Position numbers and translations under genes: made by a program
In this document: one piece after another, positions 38,679 through 49,623 of the stretch
Position numbering within the stretch: position 1 is the stretch's first letter
Layout of the letters: every line of letters begins with the position of its first letter
Source: an uncultured Candidatus Actinomarina sp.
Lineage (GTDB): Bacteria > Actinomycetota > Acidimicrobiia > Actinomarinales > Actinomarinaceae
Direction: 5' to 3'
NCBI GenBank assembly: GCA_902510995.1
Contig: CABXDL010000001.1
Coordinates: 49,457-113,456 of the forward strand
DNA length: 64,000 nt
Notes under the pieces: model-generated
What the model saw: the letters and a program-made list of their open reading frames with translations, nothing else
What the model was told of the DNA's origin: nothing
The model's database searches: none

Positions 38679-40478
38679 ATGAAAAACGCAATGAAATATC
38701 TTCTTTTCTTCAGAAATGTAGTTTTTCTAAAATGGGCTTTTCAAGTTATTTTCCTTTTTGGAATATTGTCAATAATTTGGAATTATATTCAAAATGCAAT
38801 TGTTAATTTAGCAGATACAAATATTGCATTTTCTTGGGGATGGTTAGGAGAAACCCCTGGGGTTTCTGTAGCAGAAGGAATGTATACGTTACCAAATTCA
38901 GGGTTGCAAATGATTCAAACTGGGATGATCAATATGTTTAGAATCACATTAACAGGGATATTGGCAGCAACCTTATTAGGTACTTTTTTAGGGATTGCTA
39001 GGCTTTCAAGTAATTATATAGTTGAAAAAAGCTCAACCGGTCTATTAGAAGTAGTTAGAAATGTTCCACTTTTAGTTCAAATATATTTCTTTCAAGCTTT
39101 TGTTCTGTCATTTCCTAGGCTTGAAGTTTTTGAAGTTGGGGAATATTTTATTCACATAAGTGCAAAAGGACTTGCTTTTCCATGGTTCAACAGAGGCCCA
39201 AATGCATACTTGCTTATGGTGTATACATTAATTGTCATATATATTGCTAATAAAATCTATAAATGGCGAGTTGAATTATTAGAAAAAGAAGGAAGAGATA
39301 CAAAGCCATTTTTATGGTCACTAGGTATTTTAGGATCACTATTAGTTATAGGTTGGTATGGAGGTTTCAGAGCTGCAGGGGTGTTTGGCTTTTTAGCAGG
39401 CTACATTTCTCTTGGCCTAGAAAGTGTTCCAGCAATCGTTTATCAGGGCCTGGTTTCAGGTGTTGCTATTTATATTGGCTTTAAAGTAACTAAGGCATTT
39501 ATAGATAGTAAAAAATCAGAAGAAGCTCAAGGGATATACAGTGATGATGATTATTTTAAGATCATATTAAACGTTGTAGTAGTTCTGTTAATAGTACTTC
39601 TTATGTTTTCATCTATTGGTGCTGGTTTTGCGGGTTTTTTAGTTGGTGATGAAATAACATTTAAAGCAGACTGGGGATTGCCTCAATTATTTCACGGTAT
39701 TGAAAATAAATTAGATTGGTATCCACATATAGATCTTGAAATATATGAAGTAATTGAAGGAATGAAAAAAGCTGAAATTACAAATTGGTTAATTAAGCCA
39801 GGAGACAACATTACAGAAGGACAAGTTGTTGCTACAGCCTACGCAACTGGAAATAAAATTGACACGCAAGAAGTAGAACTGAAAGCAGAGTATACAGGCA
39901 AAGTGGAATCTTTGATTGTTGAAGAAGGTAAAGCAATAAAAATAGGAATTCCTTTTTATGAGTTGGAAGTTACCGACGCAGCACCGTTTGTTTTTTCTAG
40001 GCCTAAAGTTGAAAAGGTTAATGAAACATCAAAGTTTAAGAGATATGCAAAAGGACATGGAAAAAGTCTTTCAGTTGGATATTTTGCTATATGGCTAGGA
40101 GTTGTCTTATACACTGCAATATTTATTTCAGAAGTAGTTAGAGCAGGAATAATGGCTGTTTCTAAAGGTCAATCAGAAGCTGGGATGTCTCTCGGATTAA
40201 GGAGAGGCGCATTATTGAGATTAGTAGTACTTCCTCAAGCGATTAGAGTTATGTTGCCCCCAATGGGTAATCAGTATTTAAATTTAGCCAAGAATACATC
40301 ATTAGGTATTGCCGTTGCGTATCCAGAAATAGTTGCTGTTGGTCAAACCTTATATAACCAGGAAGGCCAGACATTACCAGTTTTCTTGATATGGATGGCA
40401 TTTTATAGTTCTGTAAGTTTGACAATTTCATCAATAATTAATTATTACAACAGAAAAATGAAAATAGTGGAGAGATAA
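38679..40478 (+). CDS. Amino-acid ABC transporter permease (AapQ-like) with an inserted lipoyl/biotinyl-like domain
   Basis: A C-terminal EAA-loop permease core, plus a roughly 75-aa barrel-sandwich-like insert (IKPGDNITEGQVV...VESLIVEEGKAIKIG). Confidence 0.8.
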   Translation: MKNAMKYLLFFRNVVFLKWAFQVIFLFGILSIIWNYIQNAIVNLADTNIAFSWGWLGETPGVSVAEGMYTLPNSGLQMIQTGMINMFRITLTGILAATLLGTFLGIARLSSNYIVEKSSTGLLEVVRNVPLLVQIYFFQAFVLSFPRLEVFEVGEYFIHISAKGLAFPWFNRGPNAYLLMVYTLIVIYIANKIYKWRVELLEKEGRDTKPFLWSLGILGSLLVIGWYGGFRAAGVFGFLAGYISLGLESVPAIVYQGLVSGVAIYIGFKVTKAFIDSKKSEEAQGIYSDDDYFKIILNVVVVLLIVLLMFSSIGAGFAGFLVGDEITFKADWGLPQLFHGIENKLDWYPHIDLEIYEVIEGMKKAEITNWLIKPGDNITEGQVVATAYATGNKIDTQEVELKAEYTGKVESLIVEEGKAIKIGIPFYELEVTDAAPFVFSRPKVEKVNETSKFKRYAKGHGKSLSVGYFAIWLGVVLYTAIFISEVVRAGIMAVSKGQSEAGMSLGLRRGALLRLVVLPQAIRVMLPPMGNQYLNLAKNTSLGIAVAYPEIVAVGQTLYNQEGQTLPVFLIWMAFYSSVSLTISSIINYYNRKMKIVER

Positions 40479-42280
40479 TGGTTGATGTAATTAAAAAGAA
40501 AGCCAAAGAAGTACAAGAAAGTTTATTTTCATCAGTAGGTTCTTCTGTGCTAACAATTGGAACAAGTTACTTAGTACTCAATTTCTTTAGAGGCATGTTC
40601 GGTTTTGTTATGTCTTCTGATAAAGATTGGTTAGCAGTATTAAATAATATGCAATTATATATGGTTCAAGCCTATCCAGAAAGTGACTTTATACGAGTTT
40701 GGATCTCAGTAGGACTTACTTTTGTATTTTCAGGAGTTTCTATTGGGTTGTGGAGAAGTGATGATCGCTCAAATATAAGTGTTATGTTTGATAGATTTTA
40801 TAAATTGGGGCTAGGTGTTTTATTCTTTACAATTGTTGCACCAACTTTTACAAGTTATATGGGAAATGATGGATATGTAATAACGGAAGAAGTATTTTCT
40901 AGAAGTTCAAGAATAGGAATGTTAATCCCAGTTCTTCTTATAACAGTAGGGTTTTTTCTATTAAAAAATAGAAAAATTAATTTTTCATTTAATAATTCTG
41001 ATGCTGTTTTTCTTTATTTGTCTATTCCAATTGCTTTGATCTGGATTATTGAGTTACCAACAATACAGCTTGATCAAAACAAAGATAGGATAATCCCCGA
41101 TCCATTAATGCCTATTGCTAATACAACTAAAGTTCCTTGGACTGTAATTTTTGTTTTATTTCTTTTGTCATATTTTATTGGAATTTACTTTAAAGAAGTG
41201 AAGAGGTTAAAGAATATTATGTCAATTTCTTGGTTTTTACTACCTTTGCTTATTTTCTCGTGGATATTTAAAAAGCCGCAGATTGAAATGGCCGAAGTCT
41301 TAACAGGTGATATACCTATATTTCTTATATTTTTTGCAGTAGGTTTAGGAACGGTTTTATTAATAAATAACCCAATTGTGAAAAAATACTACTCAATTTA
41401 TATAGGGGTTGTAATAGTTGCAACAATAGCTGGAGTATTTATAAGTATTCCGATGCTAGCAAAGGCTTGCTTATTATTACTTGGATTGTTTGTAACGGTT
41501 GTACCTGCTGTTTCAACTTCACAACAAGGGAAGAAAAGTTTGATAATTATATGGGCTGTAGCTCTAGTAACTTTAACATTCCTATTAAGAGGTGGAGCAT
41601 CAGAAACAGGAATTGTTGTACCAGGATCAAGTATTTTTGGAGGCTTCTCTTTGACATGGTTGCTTGCAATTTTTGGTACCTATGTTTCTTTTCCTTTAGG
41701 TGTACTACTTGCTTTAGGCAGAAACTCAAAACTTCCTATTGTTAGGATAATTTGTACTGGGATTATTGAATTAGTAAGGTCAGTTCCATATATAACATGG
41801 TTATTTTTCGCAAGCGTAACCTTAGCTGTCTTCTTGCCAGCAGGGGTAGAGTTTAACTTAATAGTAAGAGTCTTGATGGTTACAGCTTTCTTTAGTGGAG
41901 CATATTTTGCAGAGAACATAAGAGGAGGTCTGCAATCAATTCCAAAAGGACAGTACGAAGCCGCAGATGCAATTGGAATGAGCCCATTTCAAAAAATAGG
42001 TTTAATAGTCTTACCGCAAGCACTTAGAGCCGTTATACCAACTCTTGTTAGCAGCGCAATCACGGCGTTTAAAGATTCAAGCCTTGTTACTATCATCGGA
42101 TTATTTGACTTCCTTACAATAGGTAAAACTGTTATTGATAATCAATCTGTACCAGTAAATTTTGTAGGACACCAAAGAGAAAATTTAATATTCGTTGCTG
42201 TTGTCTATTGGATATTTACATTTACACTATCTAGACGAAGCATGAAAATAGAAAAAAGATTAGGATTAGGAGAAAGGTAA
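40478..42280 (+). CDS. Amino-acid ABC transporter permease (AapM-like) with a long N-terminal membrane extension
   Basis: The EAA loop (AADAIGMSPFQKIGLIVLPQA) lies in the C-terminal third. About 380 extra N-terminal residues carry many TM helices. Confidence 0.8.
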   Translation: MVDVIKKKAKEVQESLFSSVGSSVLTIGTSYLVLNFFRGMFGFVMSSDKDWLAVLNNMQLYMVQAYPESDFIRVWISVGLTFVFSGVSIGLWRSDDRSNISVMFDRFYKLGLGVLFFTIVAPTFTSYMGNDGYVITEEVFSRSSRIGMLIPVLLITVGFFLLKNRKINFSFNNSDAVFLYLSIPIALIWIIELPTIQLDQNKDRIIPDPLMPIANTTKVPWTVIFVLFLLSYFIGIYFKEVKRLKNIMSISWFLLPLLIFSWIFKKPQIEMAEVLTGDIPIFLIFFAVGLGTVLLINNPIVKKYYSIYIGVVIVATIAGVFISIPMLAKACLLLLGLFVTVVPAVSTSQQGKKSLIIIWAVALVTLTFLLRGGASETGIVVPGSSIFGGFSLTWLLAIFGTYVSFPLGVLLALGRNSKLPIVRIICTGIIELVRSVPYITWLFFASVTLAVFLPAGVEFNLIVRVLMVTAFFSGAYFAENIRGGLQSIPKGQYEAADAIGMSPFQKIGLIVLPQALRAVIPTLVSSAITAFKDSSLVTIIGLFDFLTIGKTVIDNQSVPVNFVGHQRENLIFVAVVYWIFTFTLSRRSMKIEKRLGLGER

Positions 42281-42287
42281 TTAAATT

Positions 42288-43016
42288 ATGAGCATAATTC
42301 AAGCTAAAGGCGTGAAGAAATGGTTTGGTGATTTCCAAGCCCTTAAGGGTATATCAATGGAAATTGCTGAAGGTGAAGTATTGGTTATTTGTGGTCCTTC
42401 TGGCTCAGGCAAGTCAACCTTCATTAGGTGTATAAACAGACTTGAACAACACCAAGAGGGTGAAATAGTTGTTGATGGCACAGAGCTAACCAATGATTTA
42501 AAAAATATTGAAACAATTAGAGCTGAAGTTGGAATGGTATTTCAGAGCTTTAATCTTTTTCCTCACTTAACAGTTATGCAAAATATTACTCTTGCACCAA
42601 TTTGGGTAAGAAAGAAAAGCAGAAGTGACTCGGAAGAAAAGGCCATGGAGTTACTAAATAGAGTAGGTATACCTGAACAGGCTGATAAATTTCCAGGACA
42701 ATTATCTGGTGGTCAGCAACAAAGAGTTGCTATAGCAAGGGCTTTGGCAATGGATCCAAAAATAATGCTTTTTGATGAGCCTACATCAGCATTAGATCCA
42801 GAAATGATTAAAGAAGTACTTGACGCAATGAAAGAACTAGCAAAATCTGGAATGACTATGATTGTTGTTACTCATGAAATGGGTTTTGCTAAAGAGGTTG
42901 CAGATAGAGTAATGTTGTTTGACGAAGGAATGATGGTTGAGGAAAATACTCCTGTTGAGTTCTTTGACAACCCAAAGAATGATAGAACTAAACTTTTCTT
43001 AAGCCAGATACTTTAA
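42288..43016 (+). CDS. Amino-acid ABC transporter ATP-binding protein
   Basis: Walker A (GPSGSGKST), LSGGQQQRV signature, Walker B ([11 protein letters not shown]). Confidence 0.9.
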   Translation: MSIIQAKGVKKWFGDFQALKGISMEIAEGEVLVICGPSGSGKSTFIRCINRLEQHQEGEIVVDGTELTNDLKNIETIRAEVGMVFQSFNLFPHLTVMQNITLAPIWVRKKSRSDSEEKAMELLNRVGIPEQADKFPGQLSGGQQQRVAIARALAMDPKIMLFDEPTSALDPEMIKEVLDAMKELAKSGMTMIVVTHEMGFAKEVADRVMLFDEGMMVEENTPVEFFDNPKNDRTKLFLSQIL

Positions 43017-44152
43017 AGTTGATCCCAAAGGTTTTTTTCAGCTAAATCAATAATGGTTGCCCCCATTCCATAAGCTCCATCAAAAATAGCTTTATGACCC
43101 CCAGGCTTTATAGTGGCTGCAGCGTATTCTGGCTGGTGGTTTACAGCATCTCCCGCATCTATATCTAACATAGGATGGATTGAAGGCATAGCAAGGGAGA
43201 TATTTCCCATATCTGTTGAACCTAAACCGGGCCTAAGGGGATCTTCAAGAGGCATTTCTCTACCAATACTTTCAGAGTTTTCCATGAATAACTGATACAT
43301 AGTTTTATTATTTAATATTTCACGATATTTATAGTCAGGAGAGTTTACCTTTACCTCACATTTTGTTGCTAAAGCAGCAGCATTTACACAATTCAAAAAA
43401 TCTTTTTCAAGAATATTAAGGCCGTCTTCATTTAGAGATCTTAAATACCATTCTGAGCTTGTATAAGATGGAATGATATTTGGTTTAAAACCACCATCTT
43501 TTATGACTCCATGCATCCTATTTGATTGAACCATTTGTTGTCTGTATGTTGATGCATTTACAAATAGCTGTATTTGAGCATCTAAGGCATTACGCCCTTT
43601 CTCTGGTGCACCAGCAGCATGAGCGTCTTTACCAAAAAATTCCACTTTATATTGTTGAATAGTAGTAAATGTAGGATTCGCAACATTTAAAGGTCCAGGA
43701 TGAATCATCATTGAACATTTAGCATCTTCGAAAGCTCCTCTATCTAGCAATATAATTTTTCCACCACCACCCTCTTCAGCAGGAGTACCAAGTAGCTTTA
43801 CTCTTATACCAAGATCATCAGCTAAACTCCTTAATGCTAAACCAGCGCCTATTGAAGCAGTAGCAATTACATTATGTCCACAAGCATGTCCAATTTCAGG
43901 AAGAGCATCATACTCAACACAGAGGACAACAAGAGGGCCTTCCTTACCAAAAGTTATTTCAAATGCCGTTTCTAATTCATTTGTAGGAAAGACAACGTTA
44001 TCTTCAAAAGAATTTATAAACTTAACTAAATATTCTGAGGTTTTATATTCTTCAAAACCAAGTTCAGGGTTTTCATACATCCAGTCACTAACTTTAATTA
44101 AGTCTTTATGAATAGATTCAAGCTCTTTTTTAAATGTATCTTTAATACTCAT
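43013..44152 (-). CDS. M20D-family amidohydrolase (hippurate hydrolase / aminoacylase-like)
   Basis: HACGHN metal-binding motif and the M20D architecture. Confidence 0.8.
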   Translation of the reverse strand: MSIKDTFKKELESIHKDLIKVSDWMYENPELGFEEYKTSEYLVKFINSFEDNVVFPTNELETAFEITFGKEGPLVVLCVEYDALPEIGHACGHNVIATASIGAGLALRSLADDLGIRVKLLGTPAEEGGGGKIILLDRGAFEDAKCSMMIHPGPLNVANPTFTTIQQYKVEFFGKDAHAAGAPEKGRNALDAQIQLFVNASTYRQQMVQSNRMHGVIKDGGFKPNIIPSYTSSEWYLRSLNEDGLNILEKDFLNCVNAAALATKCEVKVNSPDYKYREILNNKTMYQLFMENSESIGREMPLEDPLRPGLGSTDMGNISLAMPSIHPMLDIDAGDAVNHQPEYAAATIKPGGHKAIFDGAYGMGATIIDLAEKNLWDQL

Positions 44153-45429
44153 GATTCGAGTTTAGTAAAATAATCTAATTCATACGTGCTTAAAATGTTC
44201 CATATTATCCAATCCAGATTTTTGCTTTCAGCTGCTTTTATGTTTTCTTGAACATCTGTGATTGAATGCCAAAACCCTTGCAAGAAGGGCCTTAGTTGTA
44301 TTTCTGGAACACCTCTTTCAAGGCCGTCAGCTAATGCTGCAGAAACGACTTCATATGGATGGTTATTAGGATACTCATAGCCAAATGAGCCCTTAGAGTA
44401 ATGAGATGGGTAAACCATTGGGGAAATAAAATCTACGTTCTTTATTATTGTTTCAAGGTTTTGGCCTATTCCGCCATCTTCAGTATTAGTTAAAATATAT
44501 CCAAAAATATCTGCTGATACTAAACACCCTTCGATATGCAATTTCGTCTTTGCTTCCCCCAAGAAACTATTTATGTTGTTAACTCTATTTTCATAATCAT
44601 TTTTTTCTTGAAAGACCATATATTGATAGTTGGAATCAGGATATCTAATATAATCAAATTGAATTTCATTAAAACCTAATTTACAAGATTCAATTGCAAG
44701 GTTAATTATGTATTCTTTTGCTAGTTCGCTGCTAGGGTCCAAAAAATATTGCCCATCTTGGGAATAAATTTTATTATTTTTTGAATCAAAAATAGCTTCT
44801 TCCTTAAAGGTTACTGCAAATAAAGGATCTTGGAATACAACAATCCGTGCAATTAAATGTATATCTTTTACTTCTCTTAACTCAGCTAATGTTTGAGCAT
44901 CATATTTTATTCTTTCATTTTTTAATAAATCTGTCTGAGGAGAGTTGCTATCAAACATGATGTGACCGTTATCTGTTTTTGCGTCAATTACTAAAGTGTT
45001 AACGTTTGTTTTAGTAAGTATTTCTTTTATATGATTAATTTTTGCTTCTTGATTCATGTAATATCCATTTAGGTATATACCCTTAACTCCGTTATTTGAT
45101 TCTCTAAAGTTATTAAAATTATGAAAAAGAAGATCAACGTTTATTTCATTCACAATTGAATCAATAGATTTTATATAGTCTCTTATAAAATTTTCTTCAT
45201 TTAGTGTGATAGTTTCATCTAAAGATTCAAAATTTATTTCTTCAAGTTGTTTTACTACTTTATAGTAATGTTGAATACTTTCTTTACTTACTGTTGTGTT
45301 AGTTACTGAAATTTCACTTGGTGATTCATAAAAACCGACTTCATCAACAATGTTTCCTTCGTATAGTAATAAAAACTCCAATACATATGTACTAATAAGT
45401 AAAATTGTAAGTCCAATAACCCTCTTCAC
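44149..45429 (-). CDS. Secreted glycoside-hydrolase-like TIM-barrel protein (DUF4015/GHL-like)
   Basis: N-terminal signal/TM segment and an EIQFDYIRYP block. Confidence 0.45.
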   Translation of the reverse strand: MKRVIGLTILLISTYVLEFLLLYEGNIVDEVGFYESPSEISVTNTTVSKESIQHYYKVVKQLEEINFESLDETITLNEENFIRDYIKSIDSIVNEINVDLLFHNFNNFRESNNGVKGIYLNGYYMNQEAKINHIKEILTKTNVNTLVIDAKTDNGHIMFDSNSPQTDLLKNERIKYDAQTLAELREVKDIHLIARIVVFQDPLFAVTFKEEAIFDSKNNKIYSQDGQYFLDPSSELAKEYIINLAIESCKLGFNEIQFDYIRYPDSNYQYMVFQEKNDYENRVNNINSFLGEAKTKLHIEGCLVSADIFGYILTNTEDGGIGQNLETIIKNVDFISPMVYPSHYSKGSFGYEYPNNHPYEVVSAALADGLERGVPEIQLRPFLQGFWHSITDVQENIKAAESKNLDWIIWNILSTYELDYFTKLES

Positions 45430-45492
45430 ATTCTTAATTTAAATAGAATTTTTTTGGAATTAAAGTCTTAAATATTTATTTATAATACTTCT

Positions 45493-46239
45493 ATGTCTAA
45501 TTCAAGATATCTAAAAGTTGAAAAATTCTACGAAATACCAGTACTTATTGCTGTAATATTATTAATTCCAGTAATTGTTATTGAGTATTCAGATTCAGCG
45601 TATAAAGAAATTGCTAATTATATAAATTGGGGCATTTGGATTATATTTCTACTTGAATATGCTCATCTGTTTTTTCTTTCAGAAAACAAAAAAGAGTATG
45701 TTTTGAGCCACAAACTAGAACTCTTTATTGTTGTTGTATCAATTCCTTTCGTACCAAAGGGATTTGAATCATCAAGATTCTTAAGATTCGCCAGGCTTCC
45801 AAGGTTATTACGATTTTTTCAATTGTTTAGATTAGCTGCAGTTCTTGTTCGTTTTGGCACTGCAATAAAAACTATTTTCAACAGCCGCGGACTTAGATTT
45901 ATTGTTTATGCAACAGTATTTTTGATTATATTTTTTGGTTTTTTGTTTTATATCGCGGAGCCAGATGTTGAATCTTTTGGAGATGGAATTTGGTGGGCAC
46001 TGGTGACAATAACGACTGTAGGTTATGGTGATATAACTCCATTGACAACACTAGGTAGGATAGTTGCGAGCACATTGATGATTCTTGGAATTGGCTTCAT
46101 AGCTACATTAACTGCTGCAGTTTCTGCTTATTTTCTGTCTAATTTTGGAGATAAACAAACTACACTAGAAGATGTTCTAATAAAACTTGAAGAAATAGAT
46201 AAAGAATTAGATGAGCTTAGGGAGGAAAAAAATGAGTAA
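45493..46239 (+). CDS. Voltage-sensor-containing K+ channel
   Basis: The S4-like segment has Arg at every third position (RFLRFARLPRLLRFFQLFR). The selectivity filter is TTVGYGD. Confidence 0.8.
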   Translation: MSNSRYLKVEKFYEIPVLIAVILLIPVIVIEYSDSAYKEIANYINWGIWIIFLLEYAHLFFLSENKKEYVLSHKLELFIVVVSIPFVPKGFESSRFLRFARLPRLLRFFQLFRLAAVLVRFGTAIKTIFNSRGLRFIVYATVFLIIFFGFLFYIAEPDVESFGDGIWWALVTITTVGYGDITPLTTLGRIVASTLMILGIGFIATLTAAVSAYFLSNFGDKQTTLEDVLIKLEEIDKELDELREEKNE

Positions 46240-47923
46240 TAAGGCTTTAGACCAATTGGCAGAAGATTTCTTCCAAGAGTCTCTTGAATCATCACCAACA
46301 TCTGCAATTATGCGTGGCCATAAAAAATATTTTGATCAAATTGAAGAATTAACTGAAGAAAAATTTGAAAATGAGAATGAAAAAGTAAAAAGTTTTAAAC
46401 ATAGATTAAATGAGTTAGATTTTGATTCATTAACTAGTAAAGAAAGAGTTACTTATGGGATGCTTGAATTCGCTTTAGAATCAAATAGTGACTCACTGAT
46501 TGATAAAAGTTGGGAATTTTCTGCAGGTGTTGCTGGCTTTGAGGGGTTTTTGATTGACTACAATCAGCAAATGTTTGTGCCTGATAATGAGTCTGCAGAC
46601 ATGCTTTTAAGAAGATTAGAGCTCTATCAAAGATTTTATAGTCAGATTTCAAATGTTCAAAAAAAAGGGCTTGAGAACAATAGAGTTGCTACACAAAGAA
46701 ACCTGAACAGAAGCATTGATCAACTTGAAAGCTACTTAGAGACATCTTTAGATAATGATCCGTTACTTCTTGTTAATTTTGCTCCAACAGTATCTGAAAA
46801 AGAAATTTCAGAATGGAAAGAAAAAGCAAAGGGAGTAATAGAAAAATACGTTCGTCCAAGTGTAATGAGTTATTTAGACCAATTACGAACTGAACACTTA
46901 CCAAAGGGAAGAACTGATGAAAATCCTGGAATTATGTGGATTGATGGTGGAGAAGAGGTTTACTTAAGAAGTCTTAGGAAATATACCGGACATAGAGAAA
47001 CGACAGTAAAAGAAGTTCATGAGATTGGCTTATCAGAAGTTGAGAGACTAAAAAAAGAATTCCTTCAAATAGGAAAAGATGTTTTCGATGGTGTTAAAAG
47101 CCCTGAAGATGTAATTCATAAGATGCAAACCGAACCTTCTATGAGGTATGAGAGCAAGGAACAAATGCTTCAATTAGCAGAAGATACTATTGAGAGAGCA
47201 TATAAACCTCTTGAAGAATGGTTTACTGTATTCCCTAAAGCTCCCTGTAAGGTGTTACCAGTACCTACGCAATCAGAAAAACATGCACCCCCAGCTTATT
47301 ATTTTCCGCCATTGCCAGACGGGTCCAGAGATGGTACCTATTTTCTCAATACTTATAAAGCGGAAACAAAAAGTATATTCGAAGCTGAGAGTGTAGCTTT
47401 TCATGAAGCAATACCTGGCCATCATCTCGACAGAACAATTGCCGTTGAATTACAAGGTGTTCCCAACTTTCAAAGATATGTTGCTTCAACAGCATTTGTT
47501 GAAGGCTGGGGTCTTTACTCTGAACAATTAGCAAATGAGATGGGGCTCTATTCAAATGATGTTCAGCAGTTAGGGCGTCTTGGAAATGATGCATGGAGAG
47601 CGTGTCGTTTAGTACTTGATACAGGCATGCATGGCATGGGTTGGTCAAGAAATGAAGCTATTGATTTTTTTAGATCAAATTCTCCTATTGAAGAAATTAA
47701 TGCAAACATTGAGACTGATAGGTATATTGCATGGCCTGGTCAAGCTTGTGCTTATAAAATGGGACAATTAAAAATTGAAGAACTAAGAAGACAAGCTGAA
47801 AATGAGCTTGGTGATAAGTTTGATATCCGATATTTTCATGATGAAGTGTTATGTGATGGCGGAATAACCCTGTCTATTTTAGAAAACAAAATTAAAGCTT
47901 TTATTGAGAAACATAAAAGCTAA
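46232..47923 (+). CDS. DUF885-family putative metallopeptidase-like protein
   Basis: HEAIPGHH motif. The start was placed at ATG 46232, which has a GGGAGG RBS and an ATGA overlap with the channel stop. Confidence 0.7.
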   Translation: MSNKALDQLAEDFFQESLESSPTSAIMRGHKKYFDQIEELTEEKFENENEKVKSFKHRLNELDFDSLTSKERVTYGMLEFALESNSDSLIDKSWEFSAGVAGFEGFLIDYNQQMFVPDNESADMLLRRLELYQRFYSQISNVQKKGLENNRVATQRNLNRSIDQLESYLETSLDNDPLLLVNFAPTVSEKEISEWKEKAKGVIEKYVRPSVMSYLDQLRTEHLPKGRTDENPGIMWIDGGEEVYLRSLRKYTGHRETTVKEVHEIGLSEVERLKKEFLQIGKDVFDGVKSPEDVIHKMQTEPSMRYESKEQMLQLAEDTIERAYKPLEEWFTVFPKAPCKVLPVPTQSEKHAPPAYYFPPLPDGSRDGTYFLNTYKAETKSIFEAESVAFHEAIPGHHLDRTIAVELQGVPNFQRYVASTAFVEGWGLYSEQLANEMGLYSNDVQQLGRLGNDAWRACRLVLDTGMHGMGWSRNEAIDFFRSNSPIEEINANIETDRYIAWPGQACAYKMGQLKIEELRRQAENELGDKFDIRYFHDEVLCDGGITLSILENKIKAFIEKHKS

Positions 47924-48161
47924 GTATTAATTTTAGTAAAATTAAGTTCATGGACAGTGGAAATAGTATCGCATTCTTTAAAAAGTTTAGTATATGGAGA
48001 TTAATTTGGTCTGGGATATGGTTAAGAGTATTTGCTGCCATACTTGATGTAATATTTAGCTTAGGAATTAGAGAAATACCTAGTTTTAATTATTATATTT
48101 TTGCGTTAGCTTTAACGTACACTATTATCCGGATGTTTAATAAAAGCTACGAAGAAGAATA

Positions 48162-48551
48162 TTAAAGCTTTTTACGTAAATCCTTATTTGATTTTTTAAC
48201 AATTTCATTTTTGTAACTTTTATGAATTTCATTTTCCTTTTTAGCTCTAGCTGACTTTTCGCTACTAATTTCTTCTTGTAGGAAATCTATTTTCTCTTGC
48301 ATTTCTTCTATTTTGTCTCTCATCTCATAAATAATTTTTATTCCCTCTAATTTAATCCCCCTTTGTGAAAGACTTGCAATTTGTATTAATTTATCAACAT
48401 CTTCCTGAGAATATCTTCTGGTTCCACCTTTTGTTCTATAAGGCTTAATTAAGCCCTTTTCTTCATATGTTCTGATTGTTTGGGGGTGTATCCCAGATAA
48501 AGTAGATGCTACTGAAATGAAGTATAAAGAAATGGTTTTTTTATCATTCAT
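48162..48551 (-). CDS. hspR: MerR-family heat-shock repressor HspR
   Basis: MerR HTH sequence pattern, and the last gene of the dnaK-grpE-dnaJ operon. The start was trimmed to MNDKK. Confidence 0.8.
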   Translation of the reverse strand: MNDKKTISLYFISVASTLSGIHPQTIRTYEEKGLIKPYRTKGGTRRYSQEDVDKLIQIASLSQRGIKLEGIKIIYEMRDKIEEMQEKIDFLQEEISSEKSARAKKENEIHKSYKNEIVKKSNKDLRKKL

Positions 48552-49623
48552 ATAAGTATCCTCGATACTCTTCAGGGGTCCCTTCATATCCTTCATCTCT
48601 AAATTCTTCTAGCTTCTTCTTTCCAGTTCTTGATAGTTTTGACGGAGGCTTTATAGCTACTCTTATATACAAGTCTCCAGACCTTCTACCTTGAGGAGAG
48701 ATACCTTCTCCTTTTATTTTGAAGGATTTACCACTTGATGTACCTTGAGGTATTTTTAGACTAACTGTTTTTTTAAGTGTTGGAATTTTTATTGTAGCTC
48801 CGAGTGCAGCTTCAGAGAAAAGCAAAGGAACTTCTAATATTAAATCGCTACCATTTCGTTTAAAAAATTTATGTGGCTCTACTCCTACTTGAACTAATAA
48901 GTCACCATCTGGAGCGCCGGCATCTCCTGGACCTCCATAGCCTCTTAATCTAATTACAGTTCCATTATCAACACCAGCAGGTACCTTCACTTTTATAGTT
49001 TCGTTTTTTATTACAGACCCTTGTGCTCTACACGCTTTACATTCCTTATCTATTACATTCCCCTGACCCTTACAGGCTGAACAAGGTTGCGCAAAAGAAA
49101 AGAAACCTTGGTTAGATGCTGTTTGTCCGCTTCCGCTACAAATATTACATGTATGAAAGGCGTTACCATTTTCTGATCCATTACCTTTACAGTCTTCACA
49201 AACAACTTCTTTTCTAAGGGGGACATTAGTTTCTATCCCTGATGCAGCATCAGTAAATGAGATTGTAAGATTTGTTTGATATGTTTGACCCTTTCTTCTG
49301 CCAGCTCCTCCAAATCCGAATATATCACCAAAAATATCTCCAATATCTACATTGAAGCCTTGACCACCTGAAAATCCAGAGAATCCGGAAGCACCCATTG
49401 TTCTAACTTGATCATACTCTTGACGCTTTCCCTCATCAGACAAGATAGCACTAGCTTCTGATATTTCTTTGAATTTTTTCTCTGCCTCTGTATCTCCAGG
49501 GTTTAGATCAGGATGATTTTCTCTTGCTAATTTTTTGTAAGCTTTCTTAATGTCATCAGTACTTGCATCTATTGAAACACCAAGAATGGCATAAAAATCT
49601 TTTTCTAGCCAGTCTCTATTCAC
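48544..49623 (-). CDS. dnaJ: Chaperone DnaJ
   Basis: J-domain with HPD, a Gly/Phe-rich linker, and four CxxCxGxG zinc-finger repeats. Confidence 0.9.
   Translation of the reverse strand: MNRDWLEKDFYAILGVSIDASTDDIKKAYKKLARENHPDLNPGDTEAEKKFKEISEASAILSDEGKRQEYDQVRTMGASGFSGFSGGQGFNVDIGDIFGDIFGFGGAGRRKGQTYQTNLTISFTDAASGIETNVPLRKEVVCEDCKGNGSENGNAFHTCNICSGSGQTASNQGFFSFAQPCSACKGQGNVIDKECKACRAQGSVIKNETIKVKVPAGVDNGTVIRLRGYGGPGDAGAPDGDLLVQVGVEPHKFFKRNGSDLILEVPLLFSEAALGATIKIPTLKKTVSLKIPQGTSSGKSFKIKGEGISPQGRRSGDLYIRVAIKPPSKLSRTGKKKLEEFRDEGYEGTPEEYRGYLYE

Noticed and set aside
47950-48165. 71-aa + ORF between DUF885 and hspR
   Set aside because: It is hydrophobic and AT-rich with no family signal or RBS, so it may be non-coding. 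It is not listed as a feature.
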